Positions 47,490 through 60,990 of a DNA stretch of 62,000 bases are shown piece by piece. A program made the translations under genes and the position numbers. Source of the stretch: Octopus vulgaris (lineage: Eukaryota); assembly GCA_951406725.2 (NCBI GenBank), contig OX597814.1:169156001-169218000 (forward strand), written 5' to 3'. Below the pieces are notes generated by a model. It was not told the origin of the DNA. It did no database searches and saw only the letters and a list, made by a program, of their open reading frames with translations. Position 1 is the stretch's first letter. Each line of letters opens with the position of its first letter.

Positions 47490-48850
47490 TGATGATGATG
47501 GGTCAAAGAGACAAAAACAACATGATAAATAGAATTACAAAAGATACTGAAGGAGAAATGGAGAGAAAAATCACTCCATGGCCAATACCCTGCAAGGTTT
47601 GACAAAGTGGAAGTGAGCCTAAGTAAAAGCCAACAATGGCTCAAAAGCTCTGGTCTAAAAGTTGAAACCGAAGGACTGATTTTCCCTGCACAAGACCAAT
47701 ACCTGGTTACAAACAATTATAAAAGCAAAATAATGAAAAGCAGCCTGAACACCAAATGCAGTGTCTGCAACCAGCACAGTGAGACTGTAAACCACATCAT
47801 CTTAGGCTGCCCAGTCCTTGCCAAATCTGGATATATATACTGTATACAGACACATCAGAGTAAGCAGTTATATCCATTAGACAAGATGCCAACATTACAG
47901 CATTAAAGCTGACAACAAGTGGCAGAAACGTTAACGCACCAGGCGAAATGCTTAGCGGTATTTCATCTGCCGTTACGTTCTGAGTTCAAATTCCGCTGGG
48001 GTCGACTTTGCCTTTCATCCTTTCGGGGTCGATAAATAAAGTACCAGTTACGCACTGGGGTCGATATAATCGACTTAATCCGTTTGTCTGTCCTTGTTTG
48101 TCCTCTCTGTGTTTAGCCCCTTGTGGGTAGTAAAGAAATAGGTATAAACATGTGCTAAACAAGGTCCAAGACAACAACCAGGTCACAATCATCTGGGATA
48201 TGCCAGTTCAAAACAACAAAGAAACAAAAGCTAATCACCCAGACATAGTAATCAAGAATTGGAAAAGAAATACCAGCTTACTGATAGACATTGCAGTCCC
48301 TTTTGATCAAAATATTATCTAGAAGGAAATGGAGAAATAGTCAAAGTACAAAGACCTCAAAATTGAAATATTCAAGATGTAGAGCATGAAGGTAAAAACA
48401 ATATCAATAATAATTGAAGCATTGGGCATGATAAAAAGACATATGAACAAAAACATAGAAGCTATACCTGGGTCCTCAACACTACACACTATCCAAAAAA
48501 TAGCCCTGCTAGGAACAGCACACATCCTATGCAAGACTATCAATTCAATAATACAACCTAAACAAAACAACCCACAAACACAAGATGCTCTATACAGCAA
48601 TTACCCAATAAAATAAACTTACACCAGCAAACTAGATAACCAAAGCATTACACACTCAACATACAATACAAGCAGTAATGCAAAAATGCTAACACTATAC
48701 AATACTGGGAAAAGTTTGTGCATTCCCCAAAGCAGAAAAGAACGCACAATGCTGTGCACACCCCAGCAACACGAATGTGCAGCAGGTGATGCAGTAGAAA
48801 TTTGCCTCAAACTACCAAATGTTGAACAATTATAAAATAATAATAACCAT
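47490..48850 (+). mobile_element. Older R4/Dong copy interrupted by SINE B (47908-48143)
   Basis: WLKSSGLKVETEGLI, CSVC..HSETVNHIILGC, HPDIVI...LLID, QKIALLGTAHIL; (TAA) runs at both ends. Confidence 0.85.
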
Positions 48851-49781
48851 GCTGGTAATGATAATAATGATAATTTTATTGCTAGCAGGACCCATTCATA
48901 CATACAAAACAAAATGAGTTAGAAGAGTAGGCAAAGTGGTATGACAAACACAGGACAATATATTAAAGATAATAGAATCTTTTTTTTTATAAATAACACT
49001 AAGTAAATGAATATATAACACTCATTCATTTCTTTGTCTGATTTTCCATGCTAGCATGGGTTAGATGAATACGAATTATTGAAGTGTTTTAAAGCTGGGT
49101 CTAAACCTGAAACCATGTGGTTGGTTAGAAAGCATACGTCTTAACTACACAACCATAGCTGTGTCTAGATAGATGAATGAATATATACATGTGTGTGTGT
49201 GTGTAAAAGGAGAGAGAGGGAATTAAATGAAATATAAATAAAAACTGATAACAAATGAATAGTAAACCCACTTCCACATGGTTGAGGAGATACCACCTGG
49301 GTTTGATCACAGCACTCCATGACCCTGGTCACGTGCCACTCATCTACTCCACATTCATGTCTTGAAAAATGCTCAGTTCCTTAAAAATATATATGAATGA
49401 ACTTATTTTCTACTATCACGTTTGTTCTCTTTGATATAAATATAGTAAGCTATATATACATATGAACACTTCACTTTAAAATTGCACTGCATAACCTACA
49501 AACACAACTCTTCTGTCTCACAGACTTATGACATGATTTGTGCAATAAACAAATGATAATAAATAAATAAATGGAAAAATATAAAAAAAAAAGTAAGTTT
49601 TGCTCTCCTAATTCAGCTGATGTCTGGCTTTACTAAATGTGCACTGCCTCAACTTTGAAACTCAAATTTCATTCATATGTCATACAGTATAATACACATA
49701 GCCACACATGAACACACACATATAGACACGTGTGTGTGTGTGTGTGTGTGTGTGTATGTATCTATATTTGTGTGTGTGTTA

Positions 49782-49834
<53 letters not shown>

Positions 49835-49854
49835 TACACACGTGTGTGTGTATA

Positions 49855-50620
<766 letters not shown>

Positions 50621-50783
50621 TATATAATGTATGTGTGTGTGTACATATATATAAAATGCATGTGTGTATATATATCTAAATAATATGTGTATATTTATAT
50701 ATATATATATATATAATGTATGTGCGTGTGTGTGTGTGTGTGTATATATATACACACACACACACAATGAAGCATTGTGTAAA

Positions 50784-51633
50784 ATATATATTGTATAAAG
50801 GATCGTGGGTAAGGCCAAAACAATGCGAAGTAAATGCAAGGCAAATCACAAGAAAACAAATATGTGAATTAATGTAGACTTACCTTGTATTCAATATTTC
50901 GGGATTATGACCCCATTTTCAAGAAATAAATGAATGTTGCTGATGTTCGTGCATGTGAGTGTGTGTGGAGTGGACATGCACAGAAAGGTGTTGCTATAGC
51001 AACCAGTTAGTTTCTTGTAACTCTCTTCTGTTGTTGATCTTGGGTTTCTTTTGGTGTATGAGGATGGCCTCAGAGATTCTAAGATTGCTCCTGTTCCACT
51101 GTGTTGCCTTGATATGCACTGTGAATTCCTGGGTCTGGCATTTCTGTAGATGTTTCTTCATGGAAGTGTCTGTCTGCATGTGTTCCTTAATGCGTACATG
51201 CTGTTTTCTTATCATGCTTCCGATGTAGGATGCACCACATTTGCCACAGATGATCTCATATACAACATACGTCCTCTGTACAATTCAGGGTCATTGATGG
51301 CGCAGTTCGACAATGTGCACTCCTCGGAGAAGCGAGAGGTATTGTTCTTGGACAGAGCTTTTCTCAGGGAAGAGCTGGTGCGCACTATCTGTATGTCAAG
51401 TCCTTTTCTGCAGACTGTGTGTTGTATCGCTGCAGTAGTTCTGTCATCAAAGTGTGGTAACTTTAGAAAGCATGTGCTGGACTTGGGAGTATGATGGTTC
51501 TTCCGGGGTTTATTGACCCAGAAATATTGAATACAAGGTAAGTCTACATTAATTCACATATTTTCTTGTGATTTACCTTGCATTTACTTTGCATTGTTTT
51601 GGCCTTACCCACAATCCTTTATACAATATATAT
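50784..51633 (-). mobile_element. Penelope-like element 3' fragment with ~115-bp inverted terminal segments
   Basis: 50784-50900 reverse-complements 51521-51633; GIY-YIG remnant inside; decayed hammerhead at 50889-50928; (TA)n flanks. Confidence 0.85.
50994..51515 (-). pseudogene. Penelope linker and GIY-YIG endonuclease, one frameshift near 51280
   Basis: CFLKLPHFDD...CTLSNC / VVYEIICGKCGASYIGS..R...RIKEH...ISEAILI..KKPKIN. Confidence 0.85.
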
Positions 51634-53109
51634 ATATATATATATATATAAATACAGGTTAAATCCAATTTGATCAATATCCAAAGAGATTTATTTCGTT
51701 ATTATTTTATAATTAGCCTTTATTTATTTATAAAATTAATCTAATTTTTGTATCTCTATAAATTCATATAATAAGTTAATATTTAGATAAGTAATAAGTA
51801 AATAAATATTAAACTATTTCTTTGCAATTTTCTTTTCCTCCCTCTATTATGGTAAAAATTTGGTATATACTCAAAATATTCAAAGAAGTTTTATCCTTTT
51901 ATTAAAATTTAATTCTTAATAATCTTCTTGATTACCCTAAATTTTAACTTTATACAATAAGACAATATTGCTTGAAATTATCTTTAGAAATTACTTGATT
52001 TATCTCTTTCTCAAATGGGTCTACCCTCCTGAACTTAGTATTTACAAGGGCCTTTATATAAACAACCCTTCTAAACAAGTACAACTAAGAAACCATAAAT
52101 ATCATGTAAAGGAGTAACAATAATAACTTCTTAAACCTATAATATGACTCTAAGTTTTTAAAAAAAGATTAGTTTAAAATATGATTGTTCCATAACTTAA
52201 ACATTCCTTTAGCTGATACCAGACACCAGTCTTTTATTGATATTTGCTAAATAAGTGAATATATAATTTTTAGTCTAATATATTTTGAATTATTATACTT
52301 TTTCTAAAAATCTTCTCTATTGGTGTTAATAAGCTACATATACTTTAACATAGTATTAGTAATTAAGCTATTTTATTTCCTTTTCTATGGTGTTCTGCCC
52401 TACTTGATTATTTTATTTTATTTCTTTATTATTTTATAACTAGCCTTTATTTATAAAATTAATCTACTTTTTGTATCTCTATAAATCCATACTTAGCTTA
52501 TATATAAAACTATACTGGTATATTCACTACTTATAAAAAATACTGCTTAGATTATAATTTTATTAATATATAATTAGCATGTTCCTTTACCTCAATACTC
52601 CTTTATTAATACCAGTATATACCAATTAATCAATATTCACAGATACCATCTGATGAGTTAGTATTTAAGTGTACAATATGTATAAATATTAAACTATTTC
52701 AGGATAATTTCTTTTCCTCCCTCTATTGTGGTAATAGTTTGGTATATACTCAAAAGTATTCATAAATTTCTATTCTTTTGTTATAATATTCTTCTTAATA
52801 ATCCTCTGAATAACCCTAAACTTTAACTGTATACAATATAGCAACATTGTTTAAAATATTTAACTATAGTACTATATGATAAGACTTCCCCTGTTTCATT
52901 ATCAATGATCTACTAGTGGGCGACCCCCTTAAAGCAAACATCTTTACCTTTACCAAACCTCATGATATTGCTTCTAATAAATCTTGATTTTTATGACTAT
53001 ACCAACTAAAATGTTATCGCTTAACAGTTGTCCTTGTTATTAATAGACAACTGTAATAGGTGGGTTGTTAAGAGTACAGGGAGGGTTTTAAAAGTCCAAA
53101 TACACGTTA

Positions 53110-53205
53110 AATAAATGCTGTAAATATGGTGTCCCTACTTCGTGGAAATTCAGTTATCGTGGCCATTCTCAGAACCAATCTACCACGATAAACGAGGGAT
53201 CACTG
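53110..53205 (+). mobile_element. Tigger/pogo-like right end
   Basis: CGATAAACGAGGGATCACTG followed by TA; subterminal CCCTACTTCGTGGA. Confidence 0.6.
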
Positions 53206-53209
53206 TATT

Positions 53210-53745
53210 TATGTTCTAAATGAATTTAATAAAAGCATCTAAATATGAAACATGAAAATTGTTCAAACTGAAATCCTTCTTGAACGACACATTTTCCCAT
53301 TCGAGTCAATACAGAATAACAGATAGTATTTCTGGAATTTTGATTTGCTGTCGGGTGACTTTTGGCCACACAGTACATATTCTATTATATACTACAGTTC
53401 TAAGGCCATGCTGGAGCACAACCAGAGTAATCACCTTTCAAATAGCCAATCTTATGTAATTAGCTTTTGGTGAAAGAAGGTTTTCAACACTGCTGCCCTC
53501 TTTTGAGGTGGACCAAAAATCATGCATAAATTAACTTCAATACGCTCTGGAATTATGAGACTGGCTTCAATTTTTCTAAAACCAAATAAAATAAATAAAA
53601 TAATGGTGAATACTAATGTACTTGTTCATGATGAATAAAATTAATAGTAATAACAACATAATTTGAATTAAATGCCAAATGCTTTGATGAGTGACTTTTG
53701 GGCCCACCCTGCATGTGTGTGTGACTTTTGGCCCACCCTGCATAT
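53210..53745 (+). mobile_element. Tc1/mariner-type terminal remnants, three same-orientation TIRs
   Basis: GTGACTTTTGG(G)CC(C)AC at ~53355, ~53692 and ~53721. Confidence 0.5.
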
Positions 53746-54267
53746 GTTTACTCTCACAAGCACTCACACATTCACACACACAAATAAACAAAAGAACTGG
53801 AATGATAAAACCTGTCAGAATTAACCCAAAACAAAGGCAACATTTATATGAGCATCATTGCTGATCTAGTTTATATTATACAAAACAAAAGAAAAAAAAC
53901 ACAAAGGAAACAGTCTTTAATTTATTTTTTACTGACACTTATTGTTGGCTAGCATATGAGTAATGATTTTCATTGAGGCATATAATTTTACTACTGAATG
54001 TACTTCTTATCATTAACCACCCAACTGTAAGAGTGATATTTGTTATTCAGGTAAAATTTCTATGGGCCTGTCTAGGGCAGTGGTATATTAACTGTATATA
54101 AAAAAAAAAAAGCATTAATGCCTCATTTTTGTATCTGGTTTGCAAAATTCTTCATGTGAGCTCATGTGTTGAAACATATTTTGTTGTATTTTAGGAAGTC
54201 ACTGTGCCAATAATAAACACAAGTACAGGTTCTATTTCACTTCCATTTATTATTATTTATCAATTAA

Positions 54268-54487
54268 CCCTTTGGCATACAGATTACTCTGTCAAATGTA
54301 ATGCTTATTTATTCACATTATTTGAAATTAATCATGCACTATCTTATAGCTTTGAGATTTCAGTGATGTGATTGCTTATTTTTGGAATGACATTGTAGGG
54401 TAGGTGTGAGATTCTGAATCTGGCAAATTTGACCATAAAACAGGTAGAATATTAGGGCCAGATATAACCGGTTTAAAAACTAAAGGC
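54268..54487. mobile_element. piggyBac-like MITE
   Basis: TTAA|CCCTTT ... TAAAGGC|TTAA. Confidence 0.65.
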
Positions 54488-54494
54488 TTAAAGA

Positions 54495-54920
54495 TGACAA
54501 ACTAGCAGAATCATTAACATACTGTGCAAAATGCTTAGCAGCATTTCGTCTGCCTTTACGTTCTGAGTTCAAATTCTGCCATGGTTGACTTTCATGGTTG
54601 ACTTTCAGGGTTGACACAATAAGTACCAGTTGAGCACTGGGGTCAATGTAATTGACTAACTCCTCCCCCAAAATTTGAGGTCTTATGCCTAAAGTAGAAA
54701 GGATTAGTATTTATCAATTGAGGATGGCAAGTTAGTAAATAGTTAGCATGCTGAACAAAATTCTGAGTGGCATATCCCCTGGCTTTGCATTCTGAGTTCA
54801 AATTCTGTCAAGGTCAGTTTGCTTTTCAACCTTTCAAGGTCAATAAAATAGGTACCAGTCTAACACTAGGGTTGATACAATCAACTAGCCCCCTACAAAT
54901 TTCAGACCTTGTGCCTATTG
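54495..54920. mobile_element. Two family B SINEs (minus 54495-54710, plus 54720-54920)
   Basis: Family matches. Confidence 0.6.
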
Positions 54921-54959
54921 TACATATATACACTCTCATACATAGATACAGGATTATTA

Positions 54960-55351
54960 TCTCTATATATATAAAGCTGAAGTTGTCTGTGTATGGCAGG
55001 TTTGGTAGCCTTCAACTAACACTATCTCATCCGAGACCCTACAGTGCAAGTTGACTAAAATTGAGAATATGATAGAAGCAGGCTTGCTCCTCCTTCTATA
55101 GAAGAAAAAATTCAAATCGGACCATGTTAACACCAAAAATTATTTACATCAAAAAAGTGCTTTTTTTCTATGAAAATCCCTATTTTTTATGATTTTTTTA
55201 CTGCTGTGTCGCCAATTCTCGGTGTATTTCAACCAGAAAAATGTTCACTTAAAGAGAATAACAAGCTACATAATGCAAAATTTTTACTTTTCAAAAATTC
55301 CAATTCTAAAGGGTCGAAACAAACCCGAGCAACACTGGGCGATACTGCTAG
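54960..55351 (+). mobile_element. Non-autonomous Helitron, second copy
   Basis: A|TC...CCCGAGCAACACTGGG...CTAG|T; closely similar to 26223-26614. Confidence 0.85.
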
Positions 55352-55375
55352 TATCTTATTATAGTAGAAATTATC

Positions 55376-55605
55376 ATTAGTCCATTGGTTAACCATTTAA
55401 CCAATCAGTTGTTTGATTAATCACTTGGTCAATCCATCAATCAATCAGCTAGGTTTATTGAAGTCCTTTTGTTGCTATTCATGGCCATATCAGTAACATG
55501 CCCCCTCTACTTCAGGTGACAAAGATATCTGAGTGAGTGGTTAACCGAAAGATTAATCAAACAATCGATTAGTTAACTGGTTAAATAATTAACCAATAGA
55601 CTAAT
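55376..55605. mobile_element. MITE-like element with ~50-bp imperfect inverted ends
   Basis: ATTAGTCCATTGGTTAA... vs ...TTAACCAATAGACTAAT. Confidence 0.6.
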
Positions 55606-55934
55606 AAGAAGAATAAATGGATTGTAATAGAACTAGTGTGTGCATGTGCTTATTAATGCCATAATGACCCTCCTGAGGTAAAACACTAATGCTTTTGGAT
55701 AAACTGAGAACATCACAGTCATATCTTCCTTGACTTTTTCTTTTTTCATATATATTTTTCAGGATCCACACTTTAGTTAAGAAACCAATATTTTAACTAA
55801 TAATCAAGGAAGGATAAGAGAAAAAAATATAAAGAAGTAATATTTGTTATGTAATGTATTTATACAAATCTTTCTCTCTCTTTCATACACATACACATAT
55901 ATATATAAACTGCACAGATGCACAAATTTATATG

Positions 55935-56543
55935 TTTTTCCAGTTCCTGATACACATTCAGTTGTGACTGCTTTTGATCTTCTGTGAGCAAATGAGGCAC
56001 AGATTTTGCTGCAATTCTTTTCATTTGCAATTCCTCACTCAAAATTCGTTGGCAGGAGTTCCAGGACACACCAGTCATATCAACAAGTTCGTCAATTGTT
56101 TGGTGACGGTCCTCCAAGATCAGTTCATGAATTTTTATGATGTTTTGATTCGTTTGGGAGGTCAACGGTCATCCTGAATGAGGTTGGTCTTCAAGCAACA
56201 AGTGACCATTCTTAAAGCATGAAACCACTTGTAAACTTGCGTTTTGCTCATGACAGCATTCTTGTAAGCAGTTTGAAGCATGACAACTGTTTTGGCCACC
56301 GTTTTCCCCAGCAGAAAACAGAATTTCACAGAAGCACATTGTTCCTTCATTTCAGCCATTGCAAAAATTGACAAATAGGGGAGAAGCACCGTAAAACCCA
56401 AACCCACCACATGGAAGTATGACTTCACTGGTTGGCATACTGATGCCTGAGGATCGCTTCAAGTAGCTTCTAGTGGCAGAAGCCTGAACTACAATGGGCT
56501 TGTCCCACAGAGAACAATCTGGTTACTTTTGGGTACCACCTTG
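55935..56543 (-). pseudogene. Mariner 5' half (TIR and DNA-binding domain), decayed
   Basis: QCASVKFCFLLGKT, ILEDRHQTIDEL, IAAKSVPHLLTEDQK; TA|CAAGGTGGTACCCAAAAGT end. Confidence 0.85.
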
Positions 56544-57283
56544 TAGAAACTGAAAGAAGCTCATGTATGTGCGTGTATATTTGTGTCTCTTTGTCTTAAC
56601 ATCATGCACTAGTTGTAAACGAACCTCACCATCATACAAGTGGTGGTGTTCATTTCCAGTCTTCTATGTAAGCATGTCTGGTCAAGTGGAGATATTATGT
56701 AGTGAAATTGATAAAAAGAATACAGTGAATTTGCTGTGAGGAGTGGAAAATCCAACATTTCAGACACAGTCTTTCTTCAAGGGAAAAGTTGAAAAGAGAG
56801 AAATTGATGAGATACAGCAGAGTGTTACATCCTCTAAGTTAAAAAAAAAAAAAAACTGGCTGCAGCTGATAAGGAACACAGGACATTTGAGTATCATATG
56901 TGAACAAGAAGTGGTAGGAGAAAATATGCAGGAAGGAAGAAGAAAAGAGTAATGAAGTGAGAAGAAGCAGGCAAAGTCAAGAATGAGTTGGAGAAATATT
57001 ACCTTGCTTTGAAACAGGTCATGGTTGATATCAGGAAGGCCATCTGGCCATTGAAAATCTGCCTCAAACAAACTCTGCCTGATTCATACATGCTTGGAAA
57101 AAGAGTATGTTAAAATGATGATGATGATGATGATGATGATGAATTATGTTGATGATTACTCTTTAAGAAAGGTGAAACACTTCTGAGATTATCTTCTTTA
57201 CCTGCCAAAGAAAATATCTTATCAATTAATAATTTCCTACTGATTTGCTTTTGAATAGATTTTTTATTTTAATTGCTTTAGTA

Positions 57284-57505
57284 CCCTTTCGTTACCAACC
57301 CGGCTGAAACCGGCTCTGGCTCTGTAGTACAAATGTCTTGTTTTCATAAGTTTTGAATTAAAATCTTCCATCAAACCTAAGTCACAATTTATATTCCTAA
57401 CACTAACTGAAAGATAGCTAAGCTATTTTACTAAATTCTTTGTTATATTTAAAATTAATTGAAAGAAACACAGAGCATCTCAAAATAAATACAGTAATGA
57501 AAGGG
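57284..57505. mobile_element. piggyBac-like MITE
   Basis: CCCTTTCGTTAC / GTAATGAAAGGG|TTAA; left TTAA is imperfect. Confidence 0.65.
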
Positions 57506-57631
57506 TTAAATAACATTTCACCTGTAATATATAGATCTTAATGTATGTGGTTTTTAGTTCCTTGATCCTGCATATGAATCCTGGTTGAAAAGATCTAAGG
57601 TAAAAGATATTCATGCCATGAACCTTTTTTC

Positions 57632-58015
57632 TTGTTTCAGTCATTTGACTGCTGCCATGCTGGAGTACCTCCTTGAAAAATTTTAGTTGAGCAAATCGAC
57701 CTGAGGACTTATTTTTTTCTAAAGCCTAGTACTTATTCTATCGGTTTCTTTTTCTGAACTGCCATGTTACGGGGATACAAACACACCAACACCGGTTGTT
57801 AAGCAGTGGTGAGCGACAAACACAGACACACATACACACACACATAAGATATAAATATATATATATATATATATATTATAGATGATGGCCTTCTTTCAGT
57901 ATCCATCCGCCAAATCCATTCATAAGGCTTCGGTCAGCCCAAGGATATAGCAGAAGACATTTGCCCAAGGTGCCACACAGTGGGACTGAACCTAGAAACA
58001 TGTAGTTGAGAAGCA
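57632..58015 (-). mobile_element. SINE family A
   Basis: Family match. Confidence 0.75.
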
Positions 58016-58519
58016 TGTGTACCTAATTAATTTTTGTTTTCTAGGAATAATTTATCCTGGACTACATTATCCAAATATTTTCCTTTAAAAATCCAAAAAT
58101 GTGATTTGAGGAAGATTTTGCTGTTATTTCTTGCTAGACTAGGAGTGACTATGTAAAGGCTCTCACAGTGGTTGGTTTGAACTGTCTAATTATCTTGCAG
58201 TTGGTGTCATGGTTAATTATATTGCAATAAATACATCGACTGCAATTTCATCGCCTGGTAATTTCATTGCAATGTAATTAATTACATTGTAAGCCAACAC
58301 ACCACCATCATCATCCTCATTATCATCATCACCATTATCATTATCATCTTTCTCATGATGATGATGATGATCATCATCATCATCAGCAGCAGCAGCAGCA
58401 ATGGTACCTTTTACCACAATAACTTGAGTTAGCTGAGACTACCTGAAGAAGTATTCGGCAGCCTGATACCTGTCCTGCTATTAATTCTTACTTGATTCTA
58501 AATAAGATGCATGTTACCT

Positions 58520-58753
58520 ATTCCTTTACTACCCACAAGGGGCTAAACACAGAGGCGACAAACAAGGACAGACAAACGGATTAAGTCGATTATATCGACC
58601 CCAGTGCGTAACTGGTACTTAATTTATTGACCCCAAAAGGATGAAAGGCAAAGTTGACCTCAGCAGAATTTGAACTCAGAATGTAACGGCAGACAAAATA
58701 CGGCTACACATTTCGCCCGGTGTGCTAACGTTTCTGCCAGCTCACTGCCCTAT
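58520..58753 (-). mobile_element. SINE family B with 18-bp TSD
   Basis: ATAAGAT(G/A)CATGTTACCT at 58502-58519 and 58754-58771. Confidence 0.9.
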
Positions 58754-58974
58754 ATAAGATACATGTTACCTCGATCTTTCAATCTCCTGAGTGGCTGGGC
58801 ATGTTTTTACATGTAAACAGTGACACTCCAGCATAAGCAGCAATCTTGTTTCATGCTAAGTGTGTAATCAATGCCAAGACACACACACACACACATGCAC
58901 ATGCACACACACACACATACACACACGTATATATTATCAGTTAGTTGCACATATATCAGACAAAATGCACAGTA

Positions 58975-59140
58975 TGATTTGGCATTAGGAAGGGCATCCA
59001 GCTGTAGAAACTCTGCCAGATCAAGATTGAAGCCTGGTGCAGCCATCTGGTTTGCCAGTCCTCAGTCAAATCGTCCAACCCATGCTAGCATGGAAAGTGG
59101 ACTTTAAATGATGATGAGGATGATAATGATGATGATGATG
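58975..59140 (+). mobile_element. RTE-type 3' end
   Basis: Family match with (GAT)n tail. Confidence 0.8.
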
Positions 59141-59204
59141 ATTAATAGAGCAGTTATATATTTTTTTTATATTGTCAAACAGTGTACTACTAGTTGTGTC
59201 ATAT

Positions 59205-59445
59205 AAAGAGTAAAGACCCCCTTCAGTCATAAGCCATAGGATTACACCTAGAAAGTTCCCCTCCAATGCACAAGTCTGGGCAAGGTTGTTTAAAGAAGAC
59301 CAGCAGTCACCCATGCATACAAGCCTCCCCTCTCCACACCACTGACATTGTCCAAGGGAAAAGCAAAGGCCAATTCAGCTTGACCACCAGTGACATTGCA
59401 ACTCATTTCTTCAGCTGAGTGAACTGGAGCAACCTGAAATAAAGT
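59205..59445 (-). mobile_element. SINE fragment with CORE-like segment
   Basis: Minus strand TTGCTCCAGTTCACTCAGCTG resembles the family F core; different 3' domain. Confidence 0.5.
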
Positions 59446-59699
59446 GTCTTAACTGACCTGGTTATTACTGTTAGTTTTGTGCTGACTGTTGCACTTGGCA
59501 GTATTGATAACTCTTCAGACTTGCTGGCTGGGAGTGCATTGCATCTTTTATACTGGAGGCATATATAGACCCTAACAAGGGTCTATGTATATATAATAAT
59601 AACAATAATAATAATAATAATAATAATAATATGAGGGAATATTATTCCAAACTTACAGGGAAAAATTCAATTTAGAAATACTAAGTCAAATTTCACAAA

Positions 59700-59751
<52 letters not shown>

Positions 59752-59753
<2 letters not shown>

Positions 59754-59945
59754 TGGATAGATTCCTTCAAAGAATACCAGATAAGCCACCCATAATTGGA
59801 TACAACTCACCCAACAAGAACTCACTACTTGAACAAAACTTGACTTAAACAGGATTCGAATAATCCTATCAGGTGGTGCTATTAAGTTAGACATGGCCTG
59901 GACCAATCTTTGGTCGAAACATATCTAAGTTTTATCTAAGTTTTA
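59752..59945 (+). mobile_element. CR1/L2-type LINE 3' end
   Basis: LDRFLQRIPDKPPIIGYNSPNKNSLLE, stem-loop, (TATCTAAGTT)n tail. Confidence 0.7.
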
Positions 59946-60049
59946 TATAAATATATATAGGGAGAGTTTATGAAAAAAACAAAAGACAAAGACAGTTGGT
60001 GTACAAAACAAACATATGTATTAGTATAACGCTCAGGAATAGAAAAAGT

Positions 60050-60085
60050 CTTTTACGTTTCGAGCCTACGCTCTTCTACAGAAAG
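60050..60085 (-). ncRNA. Minimal hammerhead, core variant CUGUAGA, in a ~200-bp element between (TA)n tracts
   Basis: CTTT/AAAG stem I, CTGTAGA-A, GAGC-GTAG-GCTC stem II, GAA-ACGT-A. Confidence 0.6.
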
Positions 60086-60147
60086 GGACACAGAATAAAC
60101 AAAGAGAGAAAAAAAATGTGTGTAGTGGCTAACGATCTATCATGGCA

Positions 60148-60179
<32 letters not shown>

Positions 60180-60181
<2 letters not shown>

Positions 60182-60784
60182 ATCATCATCATCATCATCG
60201 TTTAACGTCCGCTTTCCATGCTAGCATGGGTTGGACGGTTCAACTGGGGTCTGGCAAGCCCAAAGGCTACACCAGGCCAGTCAGATCTGGCAGTGTTTCT
60301 ACAGCTGGTGCCCTTCCTAACGCCAACCACTCCGAGAGTGTAGTGGGTGATTTTATGTGCCACCGACACAGGTGCCAGACGAGGCTGGCAGACGGCCACA
60401 CTCGGATGGTGCTTTTTATGTGCCACCGACACAGGTTCCAGACGAGGCTGGCAGACGGCCACACTCGGATATGGTGTTTTCGGTGTTTTTCTTATGTGCC
60501 ACCGACACAGGTGCCAGACGAGGCTGGCGAGCGGCTACGATCGGATGGTGTTTGTTACGTGCCCACGGCACGGAAGCCAGTCGATGCGGTACTGGCTACG
60601 GTCCCGTTCGGATGGTTTTTCTTATGTGCCACCGGCACTGGTACCACAAGGATACAAATTCCATTGATGTTCATCTATTTGATTTGGTTTGACTTGATTC
60701 GATTTGACTTTGATTTGACTTGCCTCAACAGGTCTTCACAAGTGTGATTCGATTTGACTTTGATTTGACTTGCCTCAACAGGTC
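60180..60784 (-). mobile_element. RTE 3' UTR, single-unit sister of the 9052 element
   Basis: Same modules and GATACAAATTCCATTGATG; ~44-bp tandem duplication at the truncation point. Confidence 0.9.
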
Positions 60785-60952
60785 ATGTAAATTAGAAAAA
60801 AAAACACCTTTTATCAATTCAACAAGGAAAAAATTAAATTATACCATTTAGAAAAAATTACATTTTATAGAAAAATTAAATATAAAATAAAACATATATC
60901 AATGATTAAGTAATGTGCAAAATAATAAATGAAACGTATGTATTTGGTAGAA

Positions 60953-60980
<28 letters not shown>

Positions 60981-60990
<10 letters not shown>

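Noticed and set aside
52645-52680. Hammerhead starting at CTGATGAG (also 5666, 34460-34485, 58443, 59490-59520)
   Set aside because: GAAA or stem III/I is missing, so the motif cannot be distinguished from chance
51655-53050. Ciliate-code (TAA/TAG = Gln) or mitochondrial insert
   Set aside because: TGA scarcity is within expectation for this base composition and I recognise no mitochondrial gene
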